Source of the DNA: Bacteroidales bacterium
GTDB taxonomy: Bacteria; Bacteroidota; Bacteroidia; Bacteroidales; VadinHA17
Direction of reading: 5' to 3'
DNA length: 64,000 nt
Assembly: GCA_021157415.1 (NCBI GenBank)
Contig: JAGGWN010000001.1
Location: forward strand, 2,679 to 66,678
Shown: positions 9,258-22,630 of the stretch, one piece after another
Layout: the number at the start of each line of letters is the position of its first letter
Numbering within the stretch: the stretch's first letter is position 1
Notes under the pieces: generated by a model
Database searches by the model: none
Told to the model about the DNA's origin: nothing
Seen by the model: only the letters and a program-made list of their open reading frames with translations
Translations under genes and position numbers: made by a program

Positions 9258-9338
9258 CGTCACTCCATTTCTCAGTCTCTCAGTCTCTACTCTCACTACT
9301 CACTTCTGCCTTCTCATTTCTCATTTCTCATTTCTCCC
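9258..9338. repeat. Short degenerate 8-nt-period array (TCTCAGTC x2, TTCTCATT x3; reverse complement is purine-rich GAGTGA/GAAATGAG)
   Basis: Read directly: GTCACTCCATTTCTCAGTCTCTCAGTCTCTACTCTCACTACTCACTTCTGCCTTCTCATTTCTCATTTCTCATTTCTCCC. The reverse complement contains ATGGAGTGAC, the unit of the large array at 62127..62614. Confidence 0.7.
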
Positions 9339-11239
9339 TTGATTCCTCCCGTAATCCAAACCCCCGGAGCTGGTAGGTTGCCGATGTCCACATAGGAGGT
9401 ATTGAACAAATTGGAAACATCAAGGAACAGTTGCATTTTCCACACATGACAGGAAAAACGAACGTTGGTCAGGAGATAAGGTTTGTAAGGAGTAATTTCT
9501 CCTGACGGATAAGTCTGATAACTGCCGGCCCGGTCACGAAGCACGAACTGCCAGAAAGCTTCAACATGCCCGGGCAAGGTATGTTTCACATCCAGTATCA
9601 CCTGATGATGTAAATAATCCATGGCATATTTCGACAGGTACGTCTCGTGGTGTTTGGATGCGGTGGCAAAAGCCCATGCCAGGCGGACTTCTTCCAGCCA
9701 CAGCCTGTCCCTGCCAGTCATATGCCGTACATTCAAACGTGCCGAAAGCTCAAAACCGGATGTTGTCAGGGAGGTATGGTTCATGGTATGCCACTGTACG
9801 GAATCGGCCTGGCGTACCCAGTCGATCAGGTCTTTTCCTTTCCGGACAAAGACGCCGGCCGATCCCGACCAGGCTTTTCCTCGATGCCGCCCGCCGGCCT
9901 CCAGCGTCAAAGCCTCTTCGGGCTTTAGATGGGGATTGCCCTTATTCACCGGGCTGTGATAATACAGGTCGGTAAATGTAGGATAACGTAGCGACCGGTT
10001 AGCCGCTGTATAAATTCTCCAGTTTGTCCCTATCCGGTAACCCACGTCCAGGCCCCCGTACATTTTCCAGTTGTAGTCGCCGGTACGATTCAGGAGAAAG
10101 CCACCGTTTGCAGCAAAACGACGGATCACCACCTGTTGTTCCACAAAGGCCGAAAGGATGTTCCTGTATTTTCTGTGGTCGTACCACACACCTGCTACCC
10201 CGGGAACAGTCACGGAGTCGGCTGTTTTCTCTCCCAGTACCGTACTCAGGATGTCTTCCCTCCGTAGTTCCAGACCCACATTGGTCCGGCCGAACGATTC
10301 CGGCAGGATCATTTTCATCTCTGTCCCGGCCACACCGGTGCGGTGATAGTTGTGCTTTTTATACCAGGCCGGAGCATCATAACGAAACAACCGGAACTCA
10401 TCATGTGCCCTGCGCCAATACACAGACTGTTGATACCTCACCTTCCGCCCTGTTGTGGTAAAGCGCACAGCTGCCAGAGCGGTACTGAATTTTTCATACT
10501 GATCCGGAAAAGCCGGCGAATAGAAGCCATTAGCTCCAAAGCCTTTGTCCAGCCATCCGGCCAGGACATCCACCGAGGAGCGGGAAGTACGGTATTGACC
10601 TCTGAAAAACAGCCGGGAGATCCCGAAATCGGTATTGTCCCGGTAGCCGTTGGCAGCGGTGTGACCCACATCAATCATGGCCCGGAATTTTCCGGCATGC
10701 AAGCCTCCGCTCGCTCCGGCATGGTAATAGCCATATTGCCCGACGGCCACTTCCGCCCCCACATATGAGGTATCCGGCAATCGAGTGATCAGGTTCACGG
10801 CTCCGGCAAAAGCATCCGGTCCCAGCACACGGGAAGCACCTCCTTTAAGGACTTCCACACGCTTTATGGAGCTCAGGGGCAGGGGCAGATTGAAATTATG
10901 GTGACCGGTTTGCGGATCACTGATTTTTACCCCATCCACCATCACCAACACCTGGTCGAAGGTTCCGCCACGTATGGACACATCCGCCTGTACCCCTACC
11001 GGTCCACGTTGCCGTACATCCACACCGGGCACGTCCATCAACAGCTTATGCAGTGATGACACAGGCATCATCCGGATGGTCCCGGCCGGGATCAACGTCA
11101 TCTGCCGGTTGACATCAGATCGTCTCACAGGCGAACGTTCTGCCGTCACAATCACCTCTTCGAGACGGAGGGTATCCTGCCGGGCCCTGGCCGAAAGTGA
11201 AAAAATCAATACGATCGAAATCAAAAAGTACAGTCTCAT
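9314..11239 (-). CDS. TonB-dependent receptor (small, about 640 aa; substrate unknown)
   Basis: The ATG at 11239 gives the signal peptide MRLYFLISIVLIFSLSARA. Plug-domain strings: EEVIVTAERSP, DVSIRGG, DQVLVMVDGVKISDP. A long beta-barrel region follows. Confidence 0.85.
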   Translation of the reverse strand: MRLYFLISIVLIFSLSARARQDTLRLEEVIVTAERSPVRRSDVNRQMTLIPAGTIRMMPVSSLHKLLMDVPGVDVRQRGPVGVQADVSIRGGTFDQVLVMVDGVKISDPQTGHHNFNLPLPLSSIKRVEVLKGGASRVLGPDAFAGAVNLITRLPDTSYVGAEVAVGQYGYYHAGASGGLHAGKFRAMIDVGHTAANGYRDNTDFGISRLFFRGQYRTSRSSVDVLAGWLDKGFGANGFYSPAFPDQYEKFSTALAAVRFTTTGRKVRYQQSVYWRRAHDEFRLFRYDAPAWYKKHNYHRTGVAGTEMKMILPESFGRTNVGLELRREDILSTVLGEKTADSVTVPGVAGVWYDHRKYRNILSAFVEQQVVIRRFAANGGFLLNRTGDYNWKMYGGLDVGYRIGTNWRIYTAANRSLRYPTFTDLYYHSPVNKGNPHLKPEEALTLEAGGRHRGKAWSGSAGVFVRKGKDLIDWVRQADSVQWHTMNHTSLTTSGFELSARLNVRHMTGRDRLWLEEVRLAWAFATASKHHETYLSKYAMDYLHHQVILDVKHTLPGHVEAFWQFVLRDRAGSYQTYPSGEITPYKPYLLTNVRFSCHVWKMQLFLDVSNLFNTSYVDIGNLPAPGVWITGGIKGEMRNEK

Positions 11240-11332
11240 CGGTTCATGAAATAACCCCGCAAAAATAGGGAAATAATTCCTTTCCCCGTCACCCTGCAAG
11301 GAAACAGGAAATGAACAAACCATCCTATTTTA

Positions 11333-11354
11333 TCTACGTAGGCGCCTACGTAGG
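11333..11354. promoter_or_regulatory. Tandem palindrome TCTACGTAGG-CG-CCTACGTAGG (candidate operator), about 95 bp upstream of the TonB-dependent receptor start
   Basis: CCTACGTAGG is a perfect 10-bp palindrome and two copies are adjacent. The same arrangement, with the same ATTTTA 5' flank, recurs at 46327..46348. Confidence 0.5.
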
Positions 11355-11485
11355 TAACTATATTTTTTGACCCTCATATTCAATTATATGCAAAAAAATA
11401 AAATATTCCAATTTTATCAAAACCCGGTTACATCTTATCTTTTTTCTTTCATCTTTTATCTTATTTATTAATTTTATCCCAAATT

Positions 11486-13736
<2,251 letters not shown>

Positions 13737-13919
13737 CTGTTTGCCACTCATTTCGCAACGGCAAGTTGTGCATTCCTGTCAAGTTCGCGGATGAGATCCA
13801 TAAATTTCGTCAGCATAGCGAACAAAGTCCCAATATTTATCAATTTTTTAGCCAGGAAGAAAAAAGATTTTTACAGGTTGGATAAAAAAGGCATTCTTTT
13901 TTTTATCTTGCAGCCTTGT

Positions 13920-14480
13920 ATGTGCAAGGTGTTGAAAAAGAAAATAGGATACTATCATATCTGGAAAAACCGGCGGCATCAGCGTCGTAAGAAACGGGTT
14001 TTTAACCTGAAAAGTGCCAAATCCATCGGGATATTGTTTGATGCCACCAGGCCAGCAGACTTTGATATGGTCCGTGAATTCTATCAGTATCTTAAAAAAA
14101 CAGGTCATACAGTAAGCGTTGTGGGTTTTGTCAACGACAAAGAAGTCCCGGAGCATTACCTGTTCAAAAAAGATTTTATTCTGTTCACCAAAAAGATGTT
14201 GAATTGGCTGGGCAAGCCTGTCACAGAGGAAGTGGTCCATTTCTCCAGATGTCCGTTTGATATCCTCATCGACCTGACCATGACCGACCATTTTGTCTTC
14301 GATTATATCGCCGGTTCCTCTCCTGCCCGTTTTAAGGTAGGCAGGTACAAGGAAAAACCGGTATATGCGGATATGATGATTCACCTGGAAGAAGACAGCT
14401 CTCTTGAATATTTTATTGAGCTCGTCAGGAATTATCTGGAGACGATCAACCGTCCCGAATTATCTCCTAATATTTTATAA
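13920..14480 (+). CDS. Conserved hypothetical protein (function unknown)
   Basis: Open frame with coding-like composition. The track start at 13791 is preceded by an AT-rich leader. The ATG at 13920 (MCKVLKKK) is my preferred start but is not certain. Confidence 0.45.
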   Translation: MCKVLKKKIGYYHIWKNRRHQRRKKRVFNLKSAKSIGILFDATRPADFDMVREFYQYLKKTGHTVSVVGFVNDKEVPEHYLFKKDFILFTKKMLNWLGKPVTEEVVHFSRCPFDILIDLTMTDHFVFDYIAGSSPARFKVGRYKEKPVYADMMIHLEEDSSLEYFIELVRNYLETINRPELSPNIL

Positions 14481-14491
14481 ATCTTTAGATT

Positions 14492-15370
14492 ATGAAGGAT
14501 CAATTACGTGGGTTGGGGGTTGCTTTGGTAACCCCGTTCAGGCAAGATGCAAGTATAGATTTTCCGGCTTTGGAAAAAGTCCTGGAACATGTTGTGCAAG
14601 GCGGAGTACAGTATCTGGTGATCCTGGGCACTACGGGGGAGGCTGTAACCCTGAGCCAGGAGGAAAAGAAAGCCGTGGTTAATTTCGTCACAGAACATAC
14701 GGAACACAAGCTGCCTGTCATCGTAGGCATCGGAGGAAACAACACCGGGCAGGTAGTTGATCAGATAAAGTCGTTCCCCTTTGGCCGTATCGACGGCATT
14801 CTTTCCGTAGCCCCTTATTACAACAAACCTACCGCCAGAGGCCTTTATGAACATTACCGCACCCTGGCCGCTGCGGCGCCGGTCCCGGTGATTCTGTACA
14901 ATGTTCCCGGACGCACAGGCGTCAACATACCGGCGGAGACCATCCTTGAGCTGGCATATACTTTCGACAACATCGTAGCCGTCAAAGAAGCCTCCGGCAA
15001 CCTGAACCAGGTCATACGCATTGCCAAAGACAAACCGGAAAAATTCCTGATCATCTCAGGCGATGATGCCTTGACCGTTCCCATCATGTCAGTGGGTGGC
15101 GCCGGGGTGATCTCCGTAGCTGCCAATGCCTGGCCGGCGGCGTTCCGGCAAATCACCGATGCAGCCCTGGCCGGCAATTTTCCGGAAGCCGCTGCCGTCC
15201 ACTACCGTTTTGCTACCATGATAGACCTGCTGTTTGCCGATGGCAACCCCGGCGGTATCAAAGCCGTTCTCAGCGAACTGGGACTGATCGGGAACCACCT
15301 GAGGTTACCCCTGGTACCGGTAAGAGAAGAGATCAGGAAGAAAATCAGTAAAGAGGTCAAGAAAATATAA
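14492..15370 (+). CDS. dapA: 4-hydroxy-tetrahydrodipicolinate synthase
   Basis: GVALVTPF, LGTTGE, PYYNKPT and the Schiff-base lysine context VAVKEASGN. 292 aa. Confidence 0.9.
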   Translation: MKDQLRGLGVALVTPFRQDASIDFPALEKVLEHVVQGGVQYLVILGTTGEAVTLSQEEKKAVVNFVTEHTEHKLPVIVGIGGNNTGQVVDQIKSFPFGRIDGILSVAPYYNKPTARGLYEHYRTLAAAAPVPVILYNVPGRTGVNIPAETILELAYTFDNIVAVKEASGNLNQVIRIAKDKPEKFLIISGDDALTVPIMSVGGAGVISVAANAWPAAFRQITDAALAGNFPEAAAVHYRFATMIDLLFADGNPGGIKAVLSELGLIGNHLRLPLVPVREEIRKKISKEVKKI

Positions 15371-15402
15371 AAGCACAGGGCGCGGGGCTCGACGTCTCAG
15401 GC

Positions 15403-18400
15403 TCAAAGATTCATATTCTTCACCTGCACCTTATTCATATCCAGCGGCGGAGCCCCGGGGCGGCCGTGACAGTTTTTATATTTCTTGCCGCTGCCACACG
15501 GACACGGGTCATTCCGTCCGATCTTCTTCCCCACCCGCACTGGCTGGGGACGGGAAGGCTGGCCCTCTCCTGCCGAGGCAGTGTCACTGGGTCCGGAGTA
15601 AGAAGGTGTTTCTGTCTTGGACATATGCATGCGACTCATGTCCAGATGACGCCGCTGACGGGCTTCCTGTACTTCGCTGGCATCCTGGATAGGTATCTGC
15701 CCTTTCATCAAGGTGGCAATGACCGTTTTATTGATCTTGTCGAGCATGTCTTTGAACAGGTTAAATGACTCTAACTTATAGACCAACAGCGGGTCTTTCT
15801 GCTCGTAAGTGGCATTCTGCACCGATTGTTTCAGATCGTCCATCTCTCGCAGATGCTCTTTCCAGGCATCGTCTATGGTAGCCAGAATCACCGTTTTTTC
15901 ATACGAACGTACCAGCTCTTTCCCTTCTGTCTCTGCCGATTTTTTCAAGTTGGTAATAACCTGGTATATCTTGTTTCCATCGGTAATGGGAACCACAATA
16001 TTCTCATAAAGGTGCGATTGTTTTTCATAAACGTCCTTAATCACAGGATAGGCTTGACGGGCGATGCTTTCCTCTTTCCTTCTGTAGGTATCTACCACCA
16101 TTTTATTGAGTGCCTCCACGATCTCACGGGCATCCATTTTCTGGAACTCTTCTTCGCTGACAGGCGATTCTACCGAGAAAGTACGAAGCAATTCGAAGCT
16201 AAACCCTTCGTAGTCGCCGATAGGATGATACGCATCGACGAGGCTCTCTGTCACATCCCACATCATATTGGCAATGTCCACATCCAGGCGTTCACCGAAG
16301 AGGGCATGTTTTCGTTTTTTATAGACCACCTCCCGCTGGGAGTTCATCACGTCGTCATACTCCAGGAGTCTTTTCCGGATCCCGAAGTTGTTTTCTTCCA
16401 CTTTTTTCTGAGCCCTTTCTATGGATTTGGTGATCATAGAATGCTGGATCATCTCTCCTTCTTTCAGGCCCAGCTTATCCATCAGGCCTGCGATTCTGTC
16501 CGAGCCAAACACACGCATCAGGTCATCTTCGAGGGATACAAAGAACTGGGAGGTTCCGGGGTCGCCTTGTCGCCCGGCCCGTCCCCGTAACTGCCGGTCA
16601 ACGCGTCGCGACTCATGTCTTTCGGTACCCACAATGGCAAGGCCTCCGGCCTCCCGCACCTCATCGGTCAGTTTAATATCGGTACCACGACCGGCCATGT
16701 TGGTGGCAATGGTCACCACGCTTTTCCGTCCGGCCTGGGCCACGATCTCGGCCTCCCGCTGGTGTAGCTTAGCATTCAGTACGTTGTGTTTGATCCCTTT
16801 CAGGTTAAGCATGCGGCTGAGCAGTTCCGACACTTCAACCGATGTCGTACCCACCAATACCGGCCGACCTGCTTTCACCAGGGAAACGATCTCGTCAATG
16901 ACCGCATTGTATTTTTCCCGTTTTGTCTTATACACCAGATCTTCATAGTCTTTTCGTATCACCGGCACATTGGTCGGAATCACCACTACATCCAGCTTAT
17001 AGATATTCCAGAACTCGCCGGCTTCAGTCTCGGCCGTTCCGGTCATCCCTGCCAGTTTATGGTACATCCGGAAATAGTTTTGCAGGGTAATGGTAGCGAA
17101 AGTCTGTGTAGCTCCTTCGATCTTCACATTCTCTTTCGATTCAATGGCCTGGTGCAGGCCCTCAGAATAACGTCGGCCTTCCATGATCCGTCCTGTCTGT
17201 TCATCTACGATCTTCACCTTGTTGTCGATGACCACATACTCCACATCACGTTCAAACAAAGCATAGGCTTTGAGCAACTGGTTCATCGTATGCACCCGTT
17301 CCGATTTGATGGCGAAATCCTGCAATAACTGATCTTTGGCTTTCTGTTTTTCCTCCGGACTCTTGCCTGATTTTTCTATTTCGGCCATTTCAGCCCCCAC
17401 ATCCGGCAATACGAAGAAAGAAGGGTCTTTGGTGGTGGAAGAGAGGAGATCAAGCCCCTTATCGGTCAGTTCGATGGTATTGTTTTGTTCGTCAATGATA
17501 AAGTACAGCTCATCGGTAACCTTATACATCTCCTTGCTGTTGTTCTGCATATAGAAATTTTCCGTCTTCAGCATCAGGGATTTATTCCCTTCCTCACTCA
17601 GCAGTTTGATCAAAGGTTTATTCTTAGGCAATCCTTTATGGGCTCTGAGCAACATCATGCCGGCTTTGTCCTTATCGTCTTCTTTCAGGGCCCTTCGGGC
17701 TTCCACCAGGATCTCTTTCACCAGTTTACGCTGGGCATCCACCAGTTTCATCACGTCGGGTTTCAGCTCGTCAAACAGACTGGTATCGCTTTTCTCGGTA
17801 GGCCCCGAGATAATCAGAGGAGTACGTGCATCGTCAATCAGCACCGAGTCCACCTCATCCACAATGGCGTAATGATGTTTCCGCTGGACCAGATCTTCGG
17901 GATTGATCGCCATATTATCACGAAGGTAATCAAATCCGAATTCGTTGTTGGTGCCATAAGTAATATCCGAATTATAGGCATTCCTTCTCTCCGGGCTGTT
18001 GGGTTGATGTTTGTCAATGCAGTCTATAGACAGACCATGGAACTCATAAATCGGGCCCATCCATTCGGCATCCCTTTTGGCCAGATAATCGTTTACCGTA
18101 ACCAGGTGGACCCCTTTTCCCGCCAGGGCATTGAGGAATATGGGCAGGGTAGCCACGAGTGTTTTCCCTTCACCGGTAGCCATCTCCGCAATCTTCCCCT
18201 TATGCAAAACAACCCCCCCGATCAACTGAACATCATAATGAACCATATCCCAGGTGATCTCATTTCCACCGGCCTGCCACCGGTTGTGATAAATGGCCTT
18301 GTCGCCTTTTACATCCACAAAATCCTTGGCTACGGCCAGGTTTCTGTCAAAATCCGTAGCAAGGACTTCAATATTTTCATTTTCCTTGAAACGGCGTGCC

Positions 18401-18759
18401 GTATCCTTAACAATGGCAAATGCCTGGGGGAGTATCTCATCCAGAACCGTTTCAATCTTATTATCCAGTTCTTTTTCCTTTTTGTCAATATCCCGGTAGA
18501 GATCTTCTTTTTCCCTTACCGGCGTTTTATCCGATTCGGCCTTCCGGCGAAGCTGAAGAATTTCTTTTTCCACACTACTGATCTGTTCTCTAACATATTT
18601 TTTCAACGCAGCAGAGCGGGCCCTCAGTTCGTCATGACTGAGTCCCTGTAATTTTTCATATTCCTCTTTTATCTTCGCAAGGATTGGCTGTATTTCTTTG
18701 ATATCATGTTCGGACTTACTGCCGAATATCTTCTTTAAAACCACATTAATTGCACTCAT
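15403..18759 (-). CDS. secA: Preprotein translocase ATPase SecA
   Basis: Walker [46 protein letters not shown] and the C-terminal zinc motif [14 protein letters not shown]. 1118 aa. Confidence 0.97.
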   Translation of the reverse strand: MSAINVVLKKIFGSKSEHDIKEIQPILAKIKEEYEKLQGLSHDELRARSAALKKYVREQISSVEKEILQLRRKAESDKTPVREKEDLYRDIDKKEKELDNKIETVLDEILPQAFAIVKDTARRFKENENIEVLATDFDRNLAVAKDFVDVKGDKAIYHNRWQAGGNEITWDMVHYDVQLIGGVVLHKGKIAEMATGEGKTLVATLPIFLNALAGKGVHLVTVNDYLAKRDAEWMGPIYEFHGLSIDCIDKHQPNSPERRNAYNSDITYGTNNEFGFDYLRDNMAINPEDLVQRKHHYAIVDEVDSVLIDDARTPLIISGPTEKSDTSLFDELKPDVMKLVDAQRKLVKEILVEARRALKEDDKDKAGMMLLRAHKGLPKNKPLIKLLSEEGNKSLMLKTENFYMQNNSKEMYKVTDELYFIIDEQNNTIELTDKGLDLLSSTTKDPSFFVLPDVGAEMAEIEKSGKSPEEKQKAKDQLLQDFAIKSERVHTMNQLLKAYALFERDVEYVVIDNKVKIVDEQTGRIMEGRRYSEGLHQAIESKENVKIEGATQTFATITLQNYFRMYHKLAGMTGTAETEAGEFWNIYKLDVVVIPTNVPVIRKDYEDLVYKTKREKYNAVIDEIVSLVKAGRPVLVGTTSVEVSELLSRMLNLKGIKHNVLNAKLHQREAEIVAQAGRKSVVTIATNMAGRGTDIKLTDEVREAGGLAIVGTERHESRRVDRQLRGRAGRQGDPGTSQFFVSLEDDLMRVFGSDRIAGLMDKLGLKEGEMIQHSMITKSIERAQKKVEENNFGIRKRLLEYDDVMNSQREVVYKKRKHALFGERLDVDIANMMWDVTESLVDAYHPIGDYEGFSFELLRTFSVESPVSEEEFQKMDAREIVEALNKMVVDTYRRKEESIARQAYPVIKDVYEKQSHLYENIVVPITDGNKIYQVITNLKKSAETEGKELVRSYEKTVILATIDDAWKEHLREMDDLKQSVQNATYEQKDPLLVYKLESFNLFKDMLDKINKTVIATLMKGQIPIQDASEVQEARQRRHLDMSRMHMSKTETPSYSGPSDTASAGEGQPSRPQPVRVGKKIGRNDPCPCGSGKKYKNCHGRPGAPPLDMNKVQVKNMNL

Positions 18760-18979
18760 CTTCTCTTCTTATATTTAGATATTATAACCTGCAAAGATAA
18801 CGTTTTCCAACGAGAATTTAATATTTTATACACAATCATTCCGCCGTCTTTGCCTCTCTGAACGATAATCCCTGTCATGATCCCAAAATCCGCAATATCA
18901 AAATCAAAATAAAAATGTTTTTCTATATTATCGTTTTTTTATATTTGTACCCTGCTACTTTTTATTTCAAAATATATCC

Positions 18980-21900
18980 ATGAAAAAAGTTGTTCTTCTT
19001 TTGGTGTTAACCATAATCGTTTTTCCCGTTTTCGGTCAACCCTGGTTACGTTATATGTCGCCATCCAAATCGGGCAGCAGGATTGAAGAGTATCAGGCCT
19101 TAAAAAAGGCTTTTAATACTTATATAAAAAATCATAAACGGGCCGAAACGGGCCAAGAGAATGAGAATCAGGATATTTTCGAGCGTTGGGAATGGCTGGT
19201 AGATCAGAGAGTAACCCGGGATCGTTATATACAGTCGGAAATCTTGTGGGATGAGTTACAAAAAAAAATAGAAGCAGGGAAGAACGGGGGATTTCTTGGC
19301 AACTGGCAATTTATAGGGCCTGAGGAGACTCCTACGGATATTAATTCGGGACAACTCGTTGGTTCGGGCAGGGTTGACTGCATTGCTTTTCATCCCACCG
19401 ACTCCAACACTTTCTGGATCGGAGCACCCACCGGGGGTTTATGGAAAACCACCGATAACGGAAAAACGTGGCACCCCCTGACAGACCATATTGCCAGCAT
19501 AGGTATTTCAGACATTGCTTTATATCCGTATCATCCAGACACCCTATTCATTGCCACGGGAGACCGGGATGCCAGGGATCTGTATTCGGCAGGTATCCTG
19601 AAGAGCACCGACGGCGGTCTTACATGGGATACCACGGCGATGAGTTTCTCTCAGCATGATAAAGACAAAATCAACAGGCTGATCATCCGGCCCGACCGGC
19701 CGGATACCATGATCGCAGCCACCAGCAACGGCATTTATTTTATCACCGGCATGGGGGACAGCCTTCAGAAGGTCCAGGCAGGAAACTTCAAAGACCTGGA
19801 ATTCATGCCCGGCAATCCGGATGTGGTGTATGCCGCTATGTACGGCTATGGCAACGCTGCCGTTTATCGTTCAGACAATGCAGGAAAAAGTTTCCACAGA
19901 ATCAGTGACGGGATCACCACCAGTGAGCTTATCCGGATAGACCTGGCGGTCTCGGCGGACAGCCCTAACATGATCATGGCATTGTGTGCGGAAAAAACAA
20001 ACAGCGGTTTGTACGCAATCTACCGTTCCTTTAATAAGGGCGACACATGGACCAAACTCCTCTCCGGCAGCACAAAAAACTTACTGGGCAACTCTTCCAC
20101 GGGCGACGGTGACGACGGCCAGGGCTGGTATGATCTGACCATGGCCATCTCGCCTGACGATTATAAAGTGATATATGTTGGAGGGATCAATGTATGGAAA
20201 ACGTTAAATGGCGGAGGGTCGTGGCATCTCTCATCCTGGGGATACCCGGAAAGCGGAAGTGTTGAGGCGCCGTACATGCACGTTGACCAGCATATCTCTG
20301 CTTTTAACCCTCTTACCGGAGCTCTTTATTTTGGAAATGACGGAGGATTATATCGCACCTACGACCAGGGAGCCACCTGGGAAGATCTCAGCAGCGGACT
20401 GGCAATCCTGCAAATCTACCGCATCGGGTTATCTGCCTCGAAAAGAGCCATGGCCATGATGGGTAGTCAGGACAACAGCAGCATTCTATGGAACGACACT
20501 GCCTGGAATGTGGTACTCGGCGGAGACGGGATGGAATGTATCATAGATTATACGGATAACAACACACTCTATGCTTCTTCCCAGTACGGGAATATCCGCA
20601 GGTCCACAGACGGGGGCCATACTTTCAGCGGAATAAAACCTCCCAACGCCGGCAAAGGTGCCTGGGTAACCCCTTATCTGATGTTCCCTGACGATCACAA
20701 AGCTCTGCTGGCCGGATTTTCGGAGATATACAAATCGGAAGACCAGGGAGAATCCTGGGAGAAACTTACCGATTATATTCAAGACAATCTCAGGGCACTG
20801 GCAGTATCTTCATACAATCCGGATGTAATGTATGCCGCCACCAGAGAGGTTATCTATATTTCGGAAAACGGGGGAAAAACCTGGAACAACATTGTGAATA
20901 ACCTCCCGCAGGAAAGAAACATTACCGGCATTACCATCGCACAGTATGACGCCCGTAAAGTATGGGTTTCCTTATCAAATTATAATAAGAACTCAAAAGT
21001 CTTCATGACCGAAGATGGCGGAGCTCACTGGAGCAATTATTCCGACGGCCTGCCCAATGTACCGGCCAATTGCATCCTGTATCAGAACAACAGTAATTCC
21101 ACCCTTTACGTTGGCACTGATCTGGGAATATATGTCAGGGACAACAGTATGGAGGCCTGGAAAGACTTCAGCGGCAACCTGCCCAATGTTATCGTAAACG
21201 AAATGGAGATCTACTACCCGGACAGCATGCTGCGCGCCGGCACCTATGGCCGGGGATTATGGGAAACAAAAATATTTATCCCCGACACTTTATCCCTGTA
21301 TGCCGAATTCACCGGCGACCGGCTCTCTTCCTGTTTACAAAGTGATTTTACCTTTTACAACAAATATCCCGGCATGCTGGACAGTCTGATCTGGACCTTT
21401 GATCCCGACGGCATACCTCACACCCTGAAAAACAAGGATACCGTCCGGGTCTCTTTTAACACTCCCGGAGATAAAGATATTACGCTGATTGTTTTCTATC
21501 GGGGCCATTCAGATACCCTGACACGGCCTGCTTATGTAAAAGCCGTTTCGTCCATTGACCTGAAAATAACAACCAACTTCAGCCAATATTACTGGCATGG
21601 TAATCCGGCCGATCTGAAAGCCAGCGGCGCCGATAACTATATGTGGATCTCTTCCCCGGGTCAGGACACTTTATACGGCAATGAGATCACCGTTTTCCCC
21701 GACACTAATGTTGTATACACCTTATACGGCCAACAGGGCAGTTGTGCCGATACCGACACTGTCAGCATCACGGTATGGCCGAATGACAATATCCGGTATG
21801 CCCTTCCTCTGAGTTACGGAGATAACGGCCCGTTTTTTAACTATGAAGCCACGGTCGAGGAACATGAACCGGCGCCGCCCGCCGGTGATTGCAATACCGA

Positions 21901-22522
21901 CAGTACGTGGTGTGATGAATTCGGAACCGGCCAGGGATACCTGGCACATTCGGTGTGGTTTTATTTCATTGCGCCTCCCGGGGGCAGAGCATCTATTGAC
22001 TCACGCGGATTTGACAACCAGATTGCTGTTTATGACGCCGCTTCTTCCGACAGTCTCCTGGCCGGGAACTATAACCTGTTGGCTGCCAACGACGACTACC
22101 ACGATCAGGATATGCAATTTGCAGCCGCTACAGAGGCACTAACGGACCTGACTCCCGGAGAAAAATACTGGGTTCAGGTAGATGGTAGCGGAGGGAATAC
22201 CACCGGCACTTTTTATCTTACCCTTTATGACAGTCCCCTGGGCATCGGTAACATCCGTACAAAAAGCGAAGAAAAGGCTTTTGTAGTATTTCCCAACCCC
22301 AACGATGGCGATTTCAACCTTCTGTTTTACCGGGAGATCCCTCCCTCCAGCCGGATAAAAATATTTTCCGGCGAAGGAAAAATGATCTTTTGGCAACCTC
22401 TCCCTGCTGCCGCTGCCGGTCAAACCCTCAGCATACCGGTGACCCTTAAAAACAAAGGGATCTATCTGATACAAGTTATCTTAAAGGATAAAATGTTTGC
22501 AGCCAAGATGATGGTACGTTAA
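18980..22522 (+). CDS. Large secreted BNR/Asp-box (sortilin/VPS10-like beta-propeller) protein with a T9SS C-terminal sorting domain
   Basis: Signal peptide. At least 9 Asp-box repeats (TDNGKTW, STDGGLTW, FNKGDTW, LNGGGSW, YDQGATW, STDGGHTF, SEDQGESW, SENGGKTW, TEDGGAHW). The C-terminal VVFPNPNDGDFNL...GIYLIQV is typical of the Por secretion tail. Confidence 0.8.
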   Translation: MKKVVLLLVLTIIVFPVFGQPWLRYMSPSKSGSRIEEYQALKKAFNTYIKNHKRAETGQENENQDIFERWEWLVDQRVTRDRYIQSEILWDELQKKIEAGKNGGFLGNWQFIGPEETPTDINSGQLVGSGRVDCIAFHPTDSNTFWIGAPTGGLWKTTDNGKTWHPLTDHIASIGISDIALYPYHPDTLFIATGDRDARDLYSAGILKSTDGGLTWDTTAMSFSQHDKDKINRLIIRPDRPDTMIAATSNGIYFITGMGDSLQKVQAGNFKDLEFMPGNPDVVYAAMYGYGNAAVYRSDNAGKSFHRISDGITTSELIRIDLAVSADSPNMIMALCAEKTNSGLYAIYRSFNKGDTWTKLLSGSTKNLLGNSSTGDGDDGQGWYDLTMAISPDDYKVIYVGGINVWKTLNGGGSWHLSSWGYPESGSVEAPYMHVDQHISAFNPLTGALYFGNDGGLYRTYDQGATWEDLSSGLAILQIYRIGLSASKRAMAMMGSQDNSSILWNDTAWNVVLGGDGMECIIDYTDNNTLYASSQYGNIRRSTDGGHTFSGIKPPNAGKGAWVTPYLMFPDDHKALLAGFSEIYKSEDQGESWEKLTDYIQDNLRALAVSSYNPDVMYAATREVIYISENGGKTWNNIVNNLPQERNITGITIAQYDARKVWVSLSNYNKNSKVFMTEDGGAHWSNYSDGLPNVPANCILYQNNSNSTLYVGTDLGIYVRDNSMEAWKDFSGNLPNVIVNEMEIYYPDSMLRAGTYGRGLWETKIFIPDTLSLYAEFTGDRLSSCLQSDFTFYNKYPGMLDSLIWTFDPDGIPHTLKNKDTVRVSFNTPGDKDITLIVFYRGHSDTLTRPAYVKAVSSIDLKITTNFSQYYWHGNPADLKASGADNYMWISSPGQDTLYGNEITVFPDTNVVYTLYGQQGSCADTDTVSITVWPNDNIRYALPLSYGDNGPFFNYEATVEEHEPAPPAGDCNTDSTWCDEFGTGQGYLAHSVWFYFIAPPGGRASIDSRGFDNQIAVYDAASSDSLLAGNYNLLAANDDYHDQDMQFAAATEALTDLTPGEKYWVQVDGSGGNTTGTFYLTLYDSPLGIGNIRTKSEEKAFVVFPNPNDGDFNLLFYREIPPSSRIKIFSGEGKMIFWQPLPAAAAGQTLSIPVTLKNKGIYLIQVILKDKMFAAKMMVR

Positions 22523-22630
22523 TATTTTTCCTATCTTGATTAACTACTTTTTTTTGAAAAAGTCAGATTGCATTTTCTTTTAACGGAAAGATGCAACAAT
22601 GGTTTTTTTTCATCGTCTTTTATCCGGACA

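Noticed and set aside
17485-18651. 388-aa plus-strand ORF (and several others at 15826..16590, 16421..16948, 16786..17328) inside secA
   Set aside because: They are antisense shadows of a highly supported 1118-aa secA, with low-complexity translations lacking motifs. The same reasoning applies to the following ORFs:
- 43868..44866 (antisense to the OLD-like gene)
- 46394..47380 (antisense to GH47)
- 29021..29971 and 28154..28729 (antisense to susD)
- 30107..30937 (antisense to GH18)
- 3250..4020 (antisense to the PLP enzyme gene)
- 36486..37121, 31529..32290 and 8390..9013
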